Shown: in pieces, positions 1 to 13,400 of the stretch
Layout of the letters: every line of letters starts with the position of its first letter
Position numbering within the stretch: position 1 is the first letter of the stretch
Assembly: GCA_030390025.1 (NCBI GenBank)
Contig: JASTWF010000036.1
Span: forward strand, 3,164,001 to 3,228,000
DNA from: Squalus acanthias
Taxonomy: Eukaryota
Direction: 5' to 3'
Length of the DNA: 64,000 nt
Notes under the pieces: generated by a model
The model's input: the letters and a program-made list of their open reading frames with translations, nothing else
Told to the model about the DNA's origin: nothing
The model's database searches: none
Translations under genes and position numbers: made by a program

Positions 1-1126
1 ACAGGAGACCATTGCCTAGGGGCTGAGCGCATTGTCCATTCTACACCAGTTACTCCCACGATCAGAATGCGTGACGAATGGGAACTCACGCTGACGCAAG
101 GAGTTCAGGTTGTCTAAAGGACAAAGCCCCACGTGGCACCCAGCTCGAGTTATCCTTCAGTGGCTGAAACTGACACCAGTCACAAAGTGGGGAAATGGGA
201 AAACAAATTCTCCCACTGGCAAATTCTCATTCTTCCCAAGAGACCTTTAATAGAACACAAGTGTCTAAGGTTTAGAGCCAGGCTGGGAATGAATCTTCAG
301 CATGGCAAGGCCTAATGGATGCTTGGAAACAGACAGGAGTCAGAGAGAATCAGGGAGAATGTCAGGACGATGATGGCACTCGTGCTCGGCTTAGGAATTG
401 GGGCGTGCCGGTTTTTGGGCGTGCGGGGGTGGGGGATGCAGGGTACGATCCCTGCGGCCTGAATAGTAAGGCCTGAGGCACCCCTGATATTGGGCTTCGG
501 GCCTCAATACCAGGGAGCCGGCGAGCTGAGGTGATCAGCCGGCGAAGGGTAAGTGACGATCGGGCCGCTGCGACGCGAGCACCGTTCCTCAGGTAACTTC
601 ATTGGAGAGCAAAATCGGAACGGGGTGTAAAACGAGCGTTGCACCCGATCCCGACAGTTTCCTGGCCGATGGGTGAGGCTAAAATTGCCTGCCAAGTGTC
701 CGCAATCTATTCCAGCATGGGGGCGATTACAGTCAAGCCCAGTCCTGTCTGCATCCGATCTCCACACACGCACTTGCTAGCAGGGGTCACTGGCTAGTGA
801 TCAGGAATGGAACCCTAGGTGATTATTTCCACCCCCCAACTCCTCCTTCTGCCCTAACTCAGCACAGACTAGGGATCAAACTTGGGACCTTCTGGTCTGT
901 GTGGTTCAATATTACACCAGGCATTGCTTTTAGCTACAAGGTCATTGGGGGAGCTCAACTTACTTCTGACAACCATTTAGTCTGGGCTCCTTTCTTACAG
1001 GTTACGTGCCTGTTTATAAAAGTTTGTTCCATTATAGACACCAGTAAAGAAGAAATCTTTCACCACCTCCTTTCCCCTCCAATGTATGGCTGCTCAACTT
1101 CATCTGTGAGGACAGTTATGTGTCAT

Positions 1127-1887
1127 AACAACAGAAAATGCTGGAAACACTCAGCAGGTCAGGCAGCATCCATGGAGAGAGGAACATAAGAACATAAGAA
1201 ATAGGAGCAGGAGGAGGCCATTTGGCCCCTCGAGCCTGCTCTGCTATTCAATAAGATCATGGCTGATCTTCTACCTCATTTCCTGCACTATCCCCATATC
1301 CCTTGATTCCCTTAATATTCAAAAATCTATCGATCTCTGTCTTGAATATACTCAACGACTGAGCCTCCACAGCCCTCTGGGGCAGAGAATTCCAAAGATT
1401 CACCACCCTCTGAGTGAAGAAATTTCTCCTCATCTCAGTCCTAAATGGCCGACCCCTTATTCTGAGACTGTGACCCCTCGTTCTAGACTCCCCAGCCAGG
1501 GGAAACATCCTCCCTGCATCTACCCTGTCAAGCCCTGTAAGAATTTTGTATGTTTCAATGAGATCACCACTCATTCTTCTAAACTCTAGAGAATATAGGC
1601 CTAGTCTACTCAATCTCTCCTCATAGGACAATCCCCCCATCCCAGGAACCAGTCTGGGGAACCTTCGTTGCACTCGCTCTATGGCAAGTATATCCTTCTT
1701 TAGGTAAGGAGACCAAAACTGTACACAATACTCCAGGTGTGGTCTCACCAGGGCCCTTTGAAGGGTCACAGACCTGAACCGTTAACTCTGTTTCTCTCTC
1801 CATGGATGCTGCCGGACCTGCTGAGTGTTTCCAGCATTTTCTGTTGTTATTTCAGATTTCCAGCATCTGCAGTATTTTGCTATTGTA
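1127..1887. mobile_element. Penelope-like inverted-repeat remnant split by a CR1 insertion
   Basis: 1127-1186 is the reverse complement of ~1787-1848; hammerhead core truncated/mutated (GAACCG). Confidence 0.65.
1183..1757 (-). mobile_element. CR1 LINE 3' fragment
   Basis: [13 protein letters not shown]...RNFFTQRVV; (TGTTCTTA)n tail. Confidence 0.92.
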
Positions 1888-1894
1888 CGGATAT

Positions 1895-2565
1895 GTGTCA
1901 GCCGTGGTTCAGTTGTAGCACTCTTGCCTCGGAGTTAGAAGGTTATGGGTTCAATTCCCTCTCCAGGGACTTGAGCACATAATCTAGGCTGACACTCCCA
2001 GTGAAGTACTGAGGGAGTGCTGCACTGTCTTTTGGATGAGACGTTAAACCGAGGCTCCGTCTTCCCTCTCGGGTGGATGTAAAAGATCCCATGGCACTAT
2101 TTCGAAGAAGAGCAGGGGAGTTCTCCCCTGTGTCCTGGCCAATATTTATTCCCTCAATCAACATCACTGAAACAGATTATCATTAGGACAGAAATGAGGA
2201 AGAATTTCTTCACCCAGAGAGTGGTGAACCTGTGGAATTCTCTACCACAGAAGGTAGTTGAGGCCAATTCATTAAATATATTCAAGAATGAGTTAGATAT
2301 ATTTCTTAAAGCTAAAGGTATCAAGGGATATGGGGAGAAGGCAGGTACAGGGTACTGAGTTTAGATGATCAGCCATGATCTCATCGAATGGCGGAGCAGG
2401 CTCGAGGGGCCGAATGGCCTACTCCTGCTCCTATCTTCTATGTTTCTATCACATTGCTGTTTGTGGGAGCTTGCTGTGTGTAAATTGGCTGCCGCGTTTC
2501 CTACATTACAACAGTGGCTCCACTTCAAACATAATTGGCTGTTACGCGCTTTGGGACGTCCTGAT
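1895..2565 (+). mobile_element. Deu-type SINE (CR1 nested)
   Basis: Same family as 54766-55235. Confidence 0.85.
2184..2448 (+). mobile_element. CR1 3' fragment nested in a SINE
   Basis: AATTTCTTCACCCAGAGAGTGG to CR1 3' UTR hairpin/tail. Confidence 0.85.
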
Positions 2566-3351
2566 ATATATATATATCTATAATCTATCTTTCTTTCTTT
2601 CTACCATAGACTCCTACCCCACCCCTGAATGTTTGATGCCAATGTTGCTCCTAGTTAAGCTTGTCTGAGGACAACGCCATTCTTCCTCCCAACCCCTATA
2701 GATATCGTGATGTAAGTAATGGAGGGTGCTCCATGTCCTGTTCACTAACTCTCCGAGCTCAAGGAAGTTGCACAGAGACAAAGGCTCTTGTGAGTAGAGT
2801 CAGCCTGTTCAAAGATCGTATTCAAAAGCAACCTAGGGAGACCCTTGGAAGAGAGCGAGGGAGGAGAAAGAGAAACAGAGACAGTATTTAATATTTCCTA
2901 CGGTGGAAATGTTACTTTGCGGTGACCTTACTTCATGCAACTTGAACCAATCACAATGCCCCAAGACCCCAGGCTAGCATTACCTCAGTCAGACGGGGAA
3001 AAAGCTGATTCAACTACTTTAAATAAGTAAAATACACACACAAGCATGTGGGAGGACAAGTGTCTGATTCCTCGGGGATAAAACCACTCAAATAAAACGT
3101 GTTCCATGCAGAGCATCTCAGGCTATTCTTACTGTGTGCACACTGAAAACAAATCCAAACTTCACAAGGGAAGAGAAAAGTCACAGAAATCAACATAAGT
3201 GCATGCCTAACACACACCGCAACCCATCCATTACTGCCACGTGATACACAAAGTGGTGGGGGGGTGGGTGTAAGGATTATTCCCTGAGCAAATCACTATG
3301 ACTACTTCAAACAAGCCAATTGATGCAGGGGATGAATGTGTATTCACTAGC

Positions 3352-3692
3352 GCTCGGAGGTGCTGTCTTTCGGATGAGACATTAAACCGAGGCCCCGCCT
3401 GCCCTCTCAGGTGGACGTAAAAGATCCCAAGGCACTATTTCGAAGAAGAGCAGGGGAGTTCTCCCCGGTGTCCTGGGCCAATATTTATCCCTCAACCAAC
3501 ATAACAAAAACAGATTATCTGATCATTATCACATTGCTGTTTGTGGGAGCTTGCTGTGCGCAAATTGGCTGCCGCGTTTCCCACATTACAACAGTGACTA
3601 CACTTCAAAAAAAGTACTTCATTGGCTGTAAAGCACTTTGAGACGTCCTGAGGTCGTGAAAGGCGCTATATAAATGCAAGTCTTTCTTTTTT
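3352..3692 (+). mobile_element. Deu-type SINE, 5'-truncated
   Basis: Same family. Confidence 0.88.
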
Positions 3693-4350
3693 TTCTCACA
3701 TTGGGCTGGAGGACTCAAACCATCTTTGGCTATGACTATGAATTTACCCCGAAGACAACCCCCAGCCCCCCCTCCCCTCACCAAAAAAAACAAAAACTCA
3801 TCAATATTATTGAGTTAAAAGACTTGTGGCAGCCAGCGAGGGATCAGGAGGTTTTCAGAAGTCTGGTGGCTCTGAGACTCAACGCAATGTTGATCTAAGG
3901 AGCTAGTTGGAGACTCATTGGACTTGCACCAAGAACTTTTACATTTGCTGAAGAAGTGAGCTGGGTTCTACTGCGTTTGGTTGTCTTTATGCTCTCAGCC
4001 ATGTTTCCCCGTTAGAACGTAGGCTGGAACAGCTTGAATTGGGAAGCAATTGTTTGACTGTGAGGCACATCCAGCGGGTCAGTGTGAATGACTCATTCCT
4101 CTTTTCACGGGGAGGTGTAAAATGGGTGTAGTTTCAGGGACCATAACCAGTTCTACACCCCATCATTTGAACTGTAGGTATGCTTAAATATTTGAGACTT
4201 ATTTATAATCCTTACACACACCCCCCGGCATACAAGTGCTCAGTGCCCGTGCAAAAACACACACTATACCCATTGGCACTACCACAGCAAGCCTTTCTCC
4301 TTGGACCAAGCACAGGCCTGTCACTACAATTACCACTGCAGATGTCAGCA

Positions 4351-4461
4351 TTATGCCTCGGTGGCCTGTTTCTCCTGGTCAGATGGCTGGGTTTGAAGAT
4401 GGGCCCTGTGATATTCAGTTTCGTACTGAGACTCTTTGTTCGTTCTCTTGAAGAAACCGCA
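4351..4461 (-). CDS. Integrin alpha cytoplasmic A-type exon ([36 protein letters not shown])
   Basis: ttgtag acceptor; GFFKR and QPSD motifs; TAA at 4353-4351; a donor gtaatt follows 4334. Confidence 0.93.
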   Translation of the reverse strand, partial: CGFFKRTNKESQYETEYHRAHLQTQPSDQEKQATEA

Positions 4462-7400
4462 CTACAAGGAAGCAACGTTTGTCCAGTGTTACGACAGGCA
4501 AACCAAGTAGGGATGAGTGAGCCGGCATCCAAAGGAACATCAGAGGTGGTACAGGTGTCTGCTTGGGTTTCAGTCTCTCATTTCAGGAATGTGGTCAAGG
4601 GACAAGAAATCAGAACACAATTGGGCCCAGTTTGGTGCGATGTCAGTGGACAGGAGCACTACGGGAGGCAGCATTGTCTGACTTCTAGAAGATGGATTAT
4701 TCTTGGATCAATCTCTCCTGTTGGCATCCTTACTTCAATTTGACGGCAGATTCCCGGCATCCCATGAAAAATTCCTGAAACGGCAGGAATTCTGAACCCA
4801 GCAGGCACCCATACCACAATCTCAATCCGTGTAGATTGTTCTTTTTTTTCCATTCTGAGGCAAGCACAGTGCCGCTCATTTGGCATTATACATTATTCAT
4901 TTAACGGTACATCTTGAAAGCATCACATTCCTTCCTGTCGTCATTAATATAGATTTTAACCACTCTTTAGGGAAGATTTCCTCTGTGCGTTACATGTCGC
5001 AAAATCCTAATCCTGTTTATAACGAACATTTATGATTTAGTTACACTGGGAAAATCTGCCACCTCATGATCAAGAATAGGAATTACAACTGCATGCCAAT
5101 TACACTTATACATAGATACATAGAAGATAGGAGCAGGAGTAGGCCATCCGGCCCTTCGAGCCTGCTCCGCCATTTAATGTGATCATGGCTGATCCTCCAA
5201 TTCAGTATCCCGTCCCCGCCTTCTCTCCGTAACCCTTAACCCCTTTTGCCTGTAGAAATATATCTAATTCCCTCTTAAATATATTTAATGAGCTGGCGTA
5301 CACTGCCCTCTGTGGCAATGAGTTCCACAGGTTCACCACTCTTTGAGTGAAGAAATTTCCCCTCATTTCTGTCCTAAATGGTTTAGCCCTTATCCTTAAA
5401 TTATGTCCTCTAGTTCTGTTCTCACCCGCCAAGGGAAACATTCCTTCTGCATCTAGTCTGTCTAGACCTGTCAGAATTTTATACACTTCTATGAGGTCCC
5501 CTCTCAATCTTCTAAACTCCAGTGTGTACATCCCTAAACTACATAGTCTCTCCTCATAGGTCAATCCCGCCATTCCTGGTATCAGCCTGGTGAATCGCCG
5601 CTGCACCCCCTCCATGGCAAGAACATCTTTCCTCAGATGAGGCGACCAAAACTGTACACAGTACTCGAGGTGTGGTCTCACCAGTGCCCTGTACAGCTGC
5701 AGCAAGGTATCCCTGTTCCTGTATTCCAACCCTTTTGCTATGAAGGCCAGCATACCGTTTGCCTTCTTGACCGCCTGTTGCACCTGCATGCTTGCCTTCA
5801 GTGACTGGTGTACAAGAACACCCAGGTCTCTCTGTACTTCCCCCTCTCCCAATTTATTGCCATTTAAATAATAATTTGCCCTCCCGTTCCTGCACCCAAG
5901 GTGGATAACTTCGCACTTGTCCACATTATAGTGCATCTGCCATTTATCCGCCCAATCACCCAGTCTGTCCAAATCGCTCTGGAGCTTCCTGATCTCCTCC
6001 TCTGAGCCCACCCCCCCTCCTAGTTTGGTGTCGTCTGCAAATTTGGAAATGCTGCATCCGACTCCCTGATCCAGGTCATTAATGTAAATTGTGAACAGCT
6101 GGGGACCCAGGACAGATCCCTGTGGTACCCCACTTGTTACTGCCTGCCATTCAGAAAATGAGCCGTTTATTCCAACTCTCTGTTTTCTATCTGACAGCCA
6201 GTTCTCTATCCACGTCAATACTTTCCCCTTTATCCCATGAGCTTCAATTTTCCATGCTAATCTTTTATGTGGGACCTTATCGAAGGCCTTTTGGAAGTCC
6301 AGGTACACCACATCTACTGGCTCTCCCTCATCTATTTTACCAGTTACTCCCTCAAAAAATTCCAATAGGTTAGTCAAGCACGATTTACCCTTTGTAAATC
6401 CATGTTGACTCTGTCCTATCCTGTCCCCATTTGCTAAGTGCTCCGCTATTTCATCCTTAATGATGGACTCCAGCATTTTGCCCACAACTGATGTAAGGCT
6501 TACAGGTCTGTAATTACCTGCTTTTTCCCTACCCCCCTTTTTGAATAGTGGGGTAACGTTAGCTACCCTCCAATCCATGGGCACTGTTCCCGAGTCTAAT
6601 GAATTCTGAAAACTTGAAACGCAAGTCACGCATTCGTATTTGAGTGAACGGATTCCTGTCTTTCATATCTACCTTACTTCCAAAGCGAGCGCAAGGTCAC
6701 AGTCGGGTAAAACCGTGACCAAATCAGCAGAGTATTAGCAGGTGGGGAGCGCAGTAGAGGTTTGCTTTCATGGTAGGGACAGGGCAGCTAACACACAAAA
6801 GGGTAAATTCACCAGTCTCGTGCCCCCAGCTCAGGAAGGCCATGCAAGTTAAAGACAGGGCTACAATATGGTAGCACCAAGTCTCCGCCCTACACTGCCT
6901 TCGAGCTCAGCTCCCCACTCGGAGCACAGGCCACCTGATACTCGGGTAGCCAAGGGCTACCAGGCTACTGTGAAATTCAACTCTTCTTAGGACATAATGG
7001 AAATATAATGAAGGAGCCCATGCCAACCTACACCAGGATCTAGATAAGATCCAGGCTTGGGCTAACAAATGACAGGTAACATTCACACCACATAAGTGCC
7101 AGATAATGACCATCTTTCAAGAGAATGCCCAGCTATCGCCCACTGACCACCACTGCTGAATCCTCCACCATCAACATCCCAGAGGTCACCATTGACCAGA
7201 AGCTTAACTGGACCAGCCACGTCAGCACTGTAGCTACAAGAGCAGGGCAGAGACTGGATACTCTGTGACGAGTGGCTCACCTCCTGACCCCCCTCATAGC
7301 ATCTCCGCCACCTTCGAGGCTCAAGTCGGGAGTGTGATGGAATACTCACCACTCGCCTGAATGGGTACGGTTGCAACAACACTAAAGAGGCTTGATTGTG

Positions 7401-10400
7401 GTGATGGTGCTCAAGAGGAGCACCACCACCACGAGGACTGTAGTGGTTCAAGGAGAAGGCCCACCACCACCTTCTCAAGGCAACTGGGGATGGTCAATAA
7501 ATGTGGCCTTGCAAACATGGCTCACATCCCAACAAAAAAAGAAAAAAAGAAATCCTTCCTTTCACACGTGTGGAGAAAGATCAGTTGATTTTTATGAGGT
7601 TCAAAGATGCCAAAAAATTGACTTATATGAAAGTATTGAAAGCAACTGTCACACCCCAAGTGCCACGCCTTGTATAAAACACCAACAAATCACAACTCAA
7701 CAATCTAGTACTAATGCCTCCAACTAAAGTCAAGCTGACCAAAAAAGTCCAAAGTCAATCGTCACCATAACTTCCACCCACAAAGACTGAAGCTTCCAGC
7801 AAGAAAACAGCAGACATCACTTTCTGTTCAGATCCCGACTGCTGGTGTAACATAGACAAAAGGTAGCATCAGTCCAGTTAAATCCATCATAGAATCATAG
7901 AAATTTACAGCACAGAAAGAGGCCATTCGGCCTATCGTGTCTGTGCCGACCGAAAAAGAGCTATCCAGCCTAATCCCACTTTCCAGCTCTTGGTCCGTAG
8001 CCCTGTAGGTTACGGCACTTCAAGCGCATATCAAAGTACTTTTTAAATGTGATGAGGGTCTCTGCCTCTACCACCCTTTCAGGCAGTGAGTTCCAGACCC
8101 CCACCACCCTCTGGGTGAAAAATGTTCTCCTCAACTTCCCTCTAAACCAATTACTTTAAATCTATGCCCCCTGGTTATTGACCTCTCTGCTAAGGGAAAT
8201 AGGTCCTTTCTATCCACTCTATCTAGGCCCCTCATAATTTTATACACCTCAATTAAGTCTCCCCTTAGCCTCTTCTGTTCCAAAGAAAACAACCCCAGCC
8301 TATCCTCCAATCTTACCTCATAGCTAAAATTCCCCAGCCCAGGCAACATCCTCGTAAATCTCCTCTGCACCCCCTCTAGTGCAATCACATCCTTCCTGTA
8401 ATGTGGTGACCAGAACTGCACGCAGTATTCTAGCTGCGGCCTAACTAGTGTTTTATACAGTTCAAGCATAACCTCCCTGCTCTTGTATTCTATGCCACTG
8501 CTAATAAAGGCAAGTATCCTGTATGCCTTCTTAACCACCTTATCTACCTGTCCTGCTACCCTCAGGGATCTGTGGACATGCACTCCAAGGTCATGATGTT
8601 TGGAATGAAAATTTAAAATTGTGCTGGACTCAAATGGGGCATCCTTTGCTTTTACTGGAATGCTACATCAGCATCTAGGAACTAATTGCAGAAAACATTT
8701 CTGCACATGTTTGAAATCTCCAACCTCACAGGCCAAGAAACATGGAAGAAAGAGGCTTCAGGTGCGAATTGGTAAACCAAAGCCACCCAGTTGAAGAGCT
8801 AACTTTTGTATCAGATCCAAGCTTACCTTCCAAAGTAGGAACACAAGCAGAGCCAGCACTAGGATTCCCGCTAGGACAGCAATCAGTATGATCAACCAGG
8901 GCGCTCCACCATATCCCACACTTGCCTTCTCTGGGTATATTGGCAAGGTAACCTGGAGAGGTTAAAGGTTACAACAATAATTCTAATACATGCTCACAAA
9001 ATTAGAAATCAGTTTGCCAATTTTTCCCTCTGGCTACATAACATTTCTTTTTGTGTGTGTTTAGTCTATAAAAAGGGCTTTGGAAAAACTTCAAGAAGAC
9101 AAGGTCACAGATACTTGAAATCACTGCAGACTTGCTATTTGTCTTCCTCCACCTGAAGTTGGCGCTGTTGTTGGAGTGTCGGGAACTCAAGGGATATGGG
9201 GATTGGGCGGGAAAGTGGAGTTGAGGTCGAAGATCAGCCATGATCTTATTGAGTGGCGGCGCAGGCTTGAGGGGCCGTATGGCCCACTCCTGCTCCTAAT
9301 CCTTATGTTCTTATATGCTTTCAAAGACAATTGCAGTGCTTTTTTTTGCAAGGGCCCCATAGACATCTTCTGCAGGGGGTGGGGGGGAACAGGGGGGGAT
9401 GAAGGTGGGGTTCCATCTCTCACTATGTCCAAAACAGAACAGGAAGGATGGGCAGCAGCAAGGGGTGTAACCATGGCTTGAGTTCTCAAGACCTTTACTG
9501 ATGATATAAACTCATTGAAAACTTTAATAATTACTGTCTCCGTATCATAAATCATAGAAGCAAGTGAGAAAAAATGACTTCTATTCTAAAATATGGACTT
9601 TTCTTGTTTGGTTTACATTTTAGACATTTATAGACAGCCTGGTCTAAACTTGAATGGGTCATGACCCTCATGAGGCAAGGGGGCTGATTCCTGTCGGTGT
9701 GCATTTCTAATCCCGAGCAGTCTACTGGTGGTGATGCTAGTGGTGGGACAGCCAGCAGGAGGGAGGGAAGGAGAGTTCGCAGGTTGTGTCACCATGGCTC
9801 AGTCTTTGAGTGTATTCAAGACAGAGATCGATAGATTTTTGAATATTAAGGGAATCAAGGGATATGGGGATAGTTCAGGAAAGTGGAGTTGAGGTCAAAG
9901 ATCAGCCATGATCTTATTGAATGGCGGAGCAGGTTCGAGGGGCCAAATGGCCGACTCCTGCTCCTATTTCTTATGTTCTTATGGTCAACCATCACTGCCC
10001 AGCCCAGTGCTATCCTTAGACAGCATCGACACGCATGTTGTTCTAGCATGGGGTCATATAGCCTTGTAGTATTGGTCTGTTGATCTAGTCTCTAGTGAGG
10101 AGCATAGTAAGTCTGGGTGGGACTCAGTACGGTGCATCTGTCAAGATCACGGAAGGCAGCTCAAAATGGCAGCAGTAGACCTAATAGTTAAGTGCCCTCC
10201 ATGTGCCAGAAGTTGAAATAAAACCACGCACATTCTCTACAATACCAACACACAGCGTTGCATCTAAATATTGGGTGAAGTCTACAGCAAAGGTTAGATT
10301 TGGAGTTATTTCTGTACCTGAGCAGCAGCTCTCTTCACCTTCAGGTTTCTGATGCTTGACTTCAAACTGATGTCTGCACGAATGATCAGGTGAATGGCAC

Positions 10401-13400
10401 TGAGTGAAGCATACTCCTGTAATTTCAATAACATAGGTGAACACTTTTTATAATTTCTGCTCCCCAGGCCATTAATTTCTAACTGGGATAGAGTCATAGA
10501 GTTATACAGCAAGCTCAGGAGCAGAAGACAGGACCACAAGCTACCATGAAGCTTTGACACCAACACAGCTATGGAAAGGTTTGGATGGGTTCAGGACACA
10601 AGAAGGAAATGTTTAGCACAAGCCGGCAGCCTTTCAGTACTTCAACCAAGTGACCATTCTTCACGCCTGAGCTGAGACAAGCGAGAGTCACCAGGTTATT
10701 CTGGTGTGCCAGTCTTTACTCCCAAGCCCAATCGTATTATCTCCAACATCTACGCACATGCACTTTGCAGGAAGAGGTCACTAGATAGAGATCAGTGGTG
10801 GGAATTTTGGCCAATATTTTCATTTCTTGAGCCCCACAGACATGAAGACCATTTGCAGCACCTTTCCCACTGCGCTAGCTGAGATCAGCAGCTCTGCACA
10901 GACCAGGGATGGAACCTGGGACCTTCAGTACTCAAGCTCCCTCTACTCTACCCCAATAAGGTGCCTTAAATCCAACCTCAAAAGAACAATGTTTACCCCA
11001 ACTATGTGACATTTCAGTTTCCCACACCAGTCACCCTTCTGGTCTCTCAGTGAAGTTGGCAATTTAATGTCAATTAGGAACATAGGAACAGGAGGAGGCC
11101 ATTCAGCCCCTCGAGCCTGTTCCGCCATTCAATCAGATCATGGCTGATCTGGATCTTAACCCCATCTACTCACCTTGAATCCATAACCCTTAATAATAAT
11201 TGGTTCTGAATTCTGATCAGTTTTAAGCTCTGGGGTTATGGCCCCTAGGAATTGGATTGAGGCTTCCCCAACCTCATTTCATTGACAACCCTCACTGCCA
11301 GCAGAGCTGGAAGACTTTCATTCCACCAATCTGGGCTGGAATAATCTCGAAATACAATTGCTTGTAAAGCGTACCTCCAGAAAGGTGCTGCTCCACAGTC
11401 GTGCGCTGATTTTCACTCTGGTTGAAGTGTCCAGTATTTGTAGAGGACACTGGAAGACAACACAGTTAGCGGTCCCCTGTTCACAGTCCTGTGGGTAAAT
11501 GTTCTTCAAAATTAGAATCAAACTCAATTTGTAAATGGACAATACATAACATGCATCACTGGTTACTCTGATTAAACAACTGCGTGTGCTTGGGATTGAT
11601 CTGATGAGTGCTGGGTTAACCTGCTGAGAACTGAATATCCTGCTGGATTCTTTTCCACTAACATTTGCAGACCTGACACAGAAGAAATGGAAACAAGTTA
11701 TGACCAGGGCCGATAGAAATCTGCAACTTTGATATTTGGTCTGTAACTGGTGACAGTCCTCTGAAAATTTCTTGATTTGCATAAAACCATCAGGAAACTC
11801 AGGATAAGAAAAGGCCTTTCAGACCATTGAAATTCATTCCTCCAGTTCCCGAACTCCCCCATCAAAGCCCATCCCTCTAGTACCCTAACTCCCCCATCAA
11901 AGCCCATATCTCCAGTACCCTAACTCCCCCATCAAAGCCCATCCCTCCAGTACCCTAACTCTCCCATCAAAGCCCATCACTCTAGTACCCTAACTCCCCC
12001 ATCAAAGCCCATCCCTCCAGTACCCTAACTCCCCCATCAAAGCCCATCCCTCCAGTACCCTAACTCCCCCATCAAAGCCCATCCCTCCAGTACCCTAACT
12101 CCCCCATCAAAGCCCATCCCTCCAGTACCCTAACTCCCCCATCAAAGCCCATCACTCTGTACCCTAACTCCCCCATCAAAGCCCATCCCTCCAGTACCCT
12201 AACTCTTCCATCGAAGCCCATCCCTCCAGTACCCTAACTCCCCCATCAAAGCCCATCCCTCCAGTACCCTAACTCCCCCATCAAAGCCCATCACTCTAGT
12301 ACCCTAACTCTCCCATCAAAGCCCATCACTCTAGTACCCTAACTCTCCCATCAAAGCTCATCCCTCTAGTACCCTAACTCTCCCATCAAAGCCCATCACT
12401 CTAATACCCTAACTCTCCCATCAAAGCCCATCACTCTAGTACCCTAACTCTCCCATCAAAGCCCATCCCTCCAGTACCCTAACTCTCCCATCAAAGCTCA
12501 TCCCTCCAGTACCCTAAGTCTCCCATCAAAGCCCATCCCTCCAGTACCCTAACTCTCCCATCAAAGCCCATCCCTCCAGTACCCTAACTCTCCCATCGAA
12601 GCCCATCTCTCCAGTACCCTAACTCTTCCATCAAAGCCCATCCCTCCAGTACCCTAACTCTCCCATCAAAGCCCATCCCTCCAGTACCCTAACTCTCCCA
12701 TCAAAGCCCATCCCTCCAATACCCTAACTCCCCCATCAAAGCCCATCCCTCCAGTACCCTAACTCTCCCATCAAAGCCCATCCCTCTAGTCCCCTAACTC
12801 TCCCATCAAAGCCCATCCCTCTAGTCCCCTAACTCCCCCATCGAAGCCCATCTCTCTAGTCCCCTAACTCCCCCATCGAAGCCCATCTCTCCAGTACCCT
12901 AACTCTCCCATCAAAGCCCATCCCTCTGGTAACCGAACTCTCCCACCTCAGCAACCAACTGTATTTTCAACATCCCCAATATTTTTGTCTCTATACCACA
13001 CCGTGCAGAGCATCTCTAACATTTCTCACCCCTCCTGAAATTGGTTTGAAATTTTCATGTATGTCCCCATGTCCTACTTTGGCGGCTTCCTTTATCTAAT
13101 TAATCAATTTTGGAACTGCACCGACTGCTGTATTTTAAACCCTAAGACTGCTGACAGGTCCATGGAAGTAGCAGTCTGCCTGGGTGGAATAGTCTTGTAA
13201 GCTTTCAGCTGACCTATTGTGACCCTGAAACAAACACTTCTATTACAGCAATAAAATTACTCAAATGCCAGGAGTAGCTTTATTACTGTAATATTAACCA
13301 TAAGCTAGAAAAGAAACACTTAAAACACAATTTCAATTGAAAATAAATATAAAACTGATCACCCTGTTGTTACTCTTTCTCTCCCATTCTCTTTTTAATT

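Noticed and set aside
4180..4743. 187-aa plus-strand ORF
   Set aside because: Antisense to the integrin tail exon, no homology signal
11845..12945. Interstitial telomere
   Set aside because: Only one TTAGGG per 35-bp unit, not tandem hexamers
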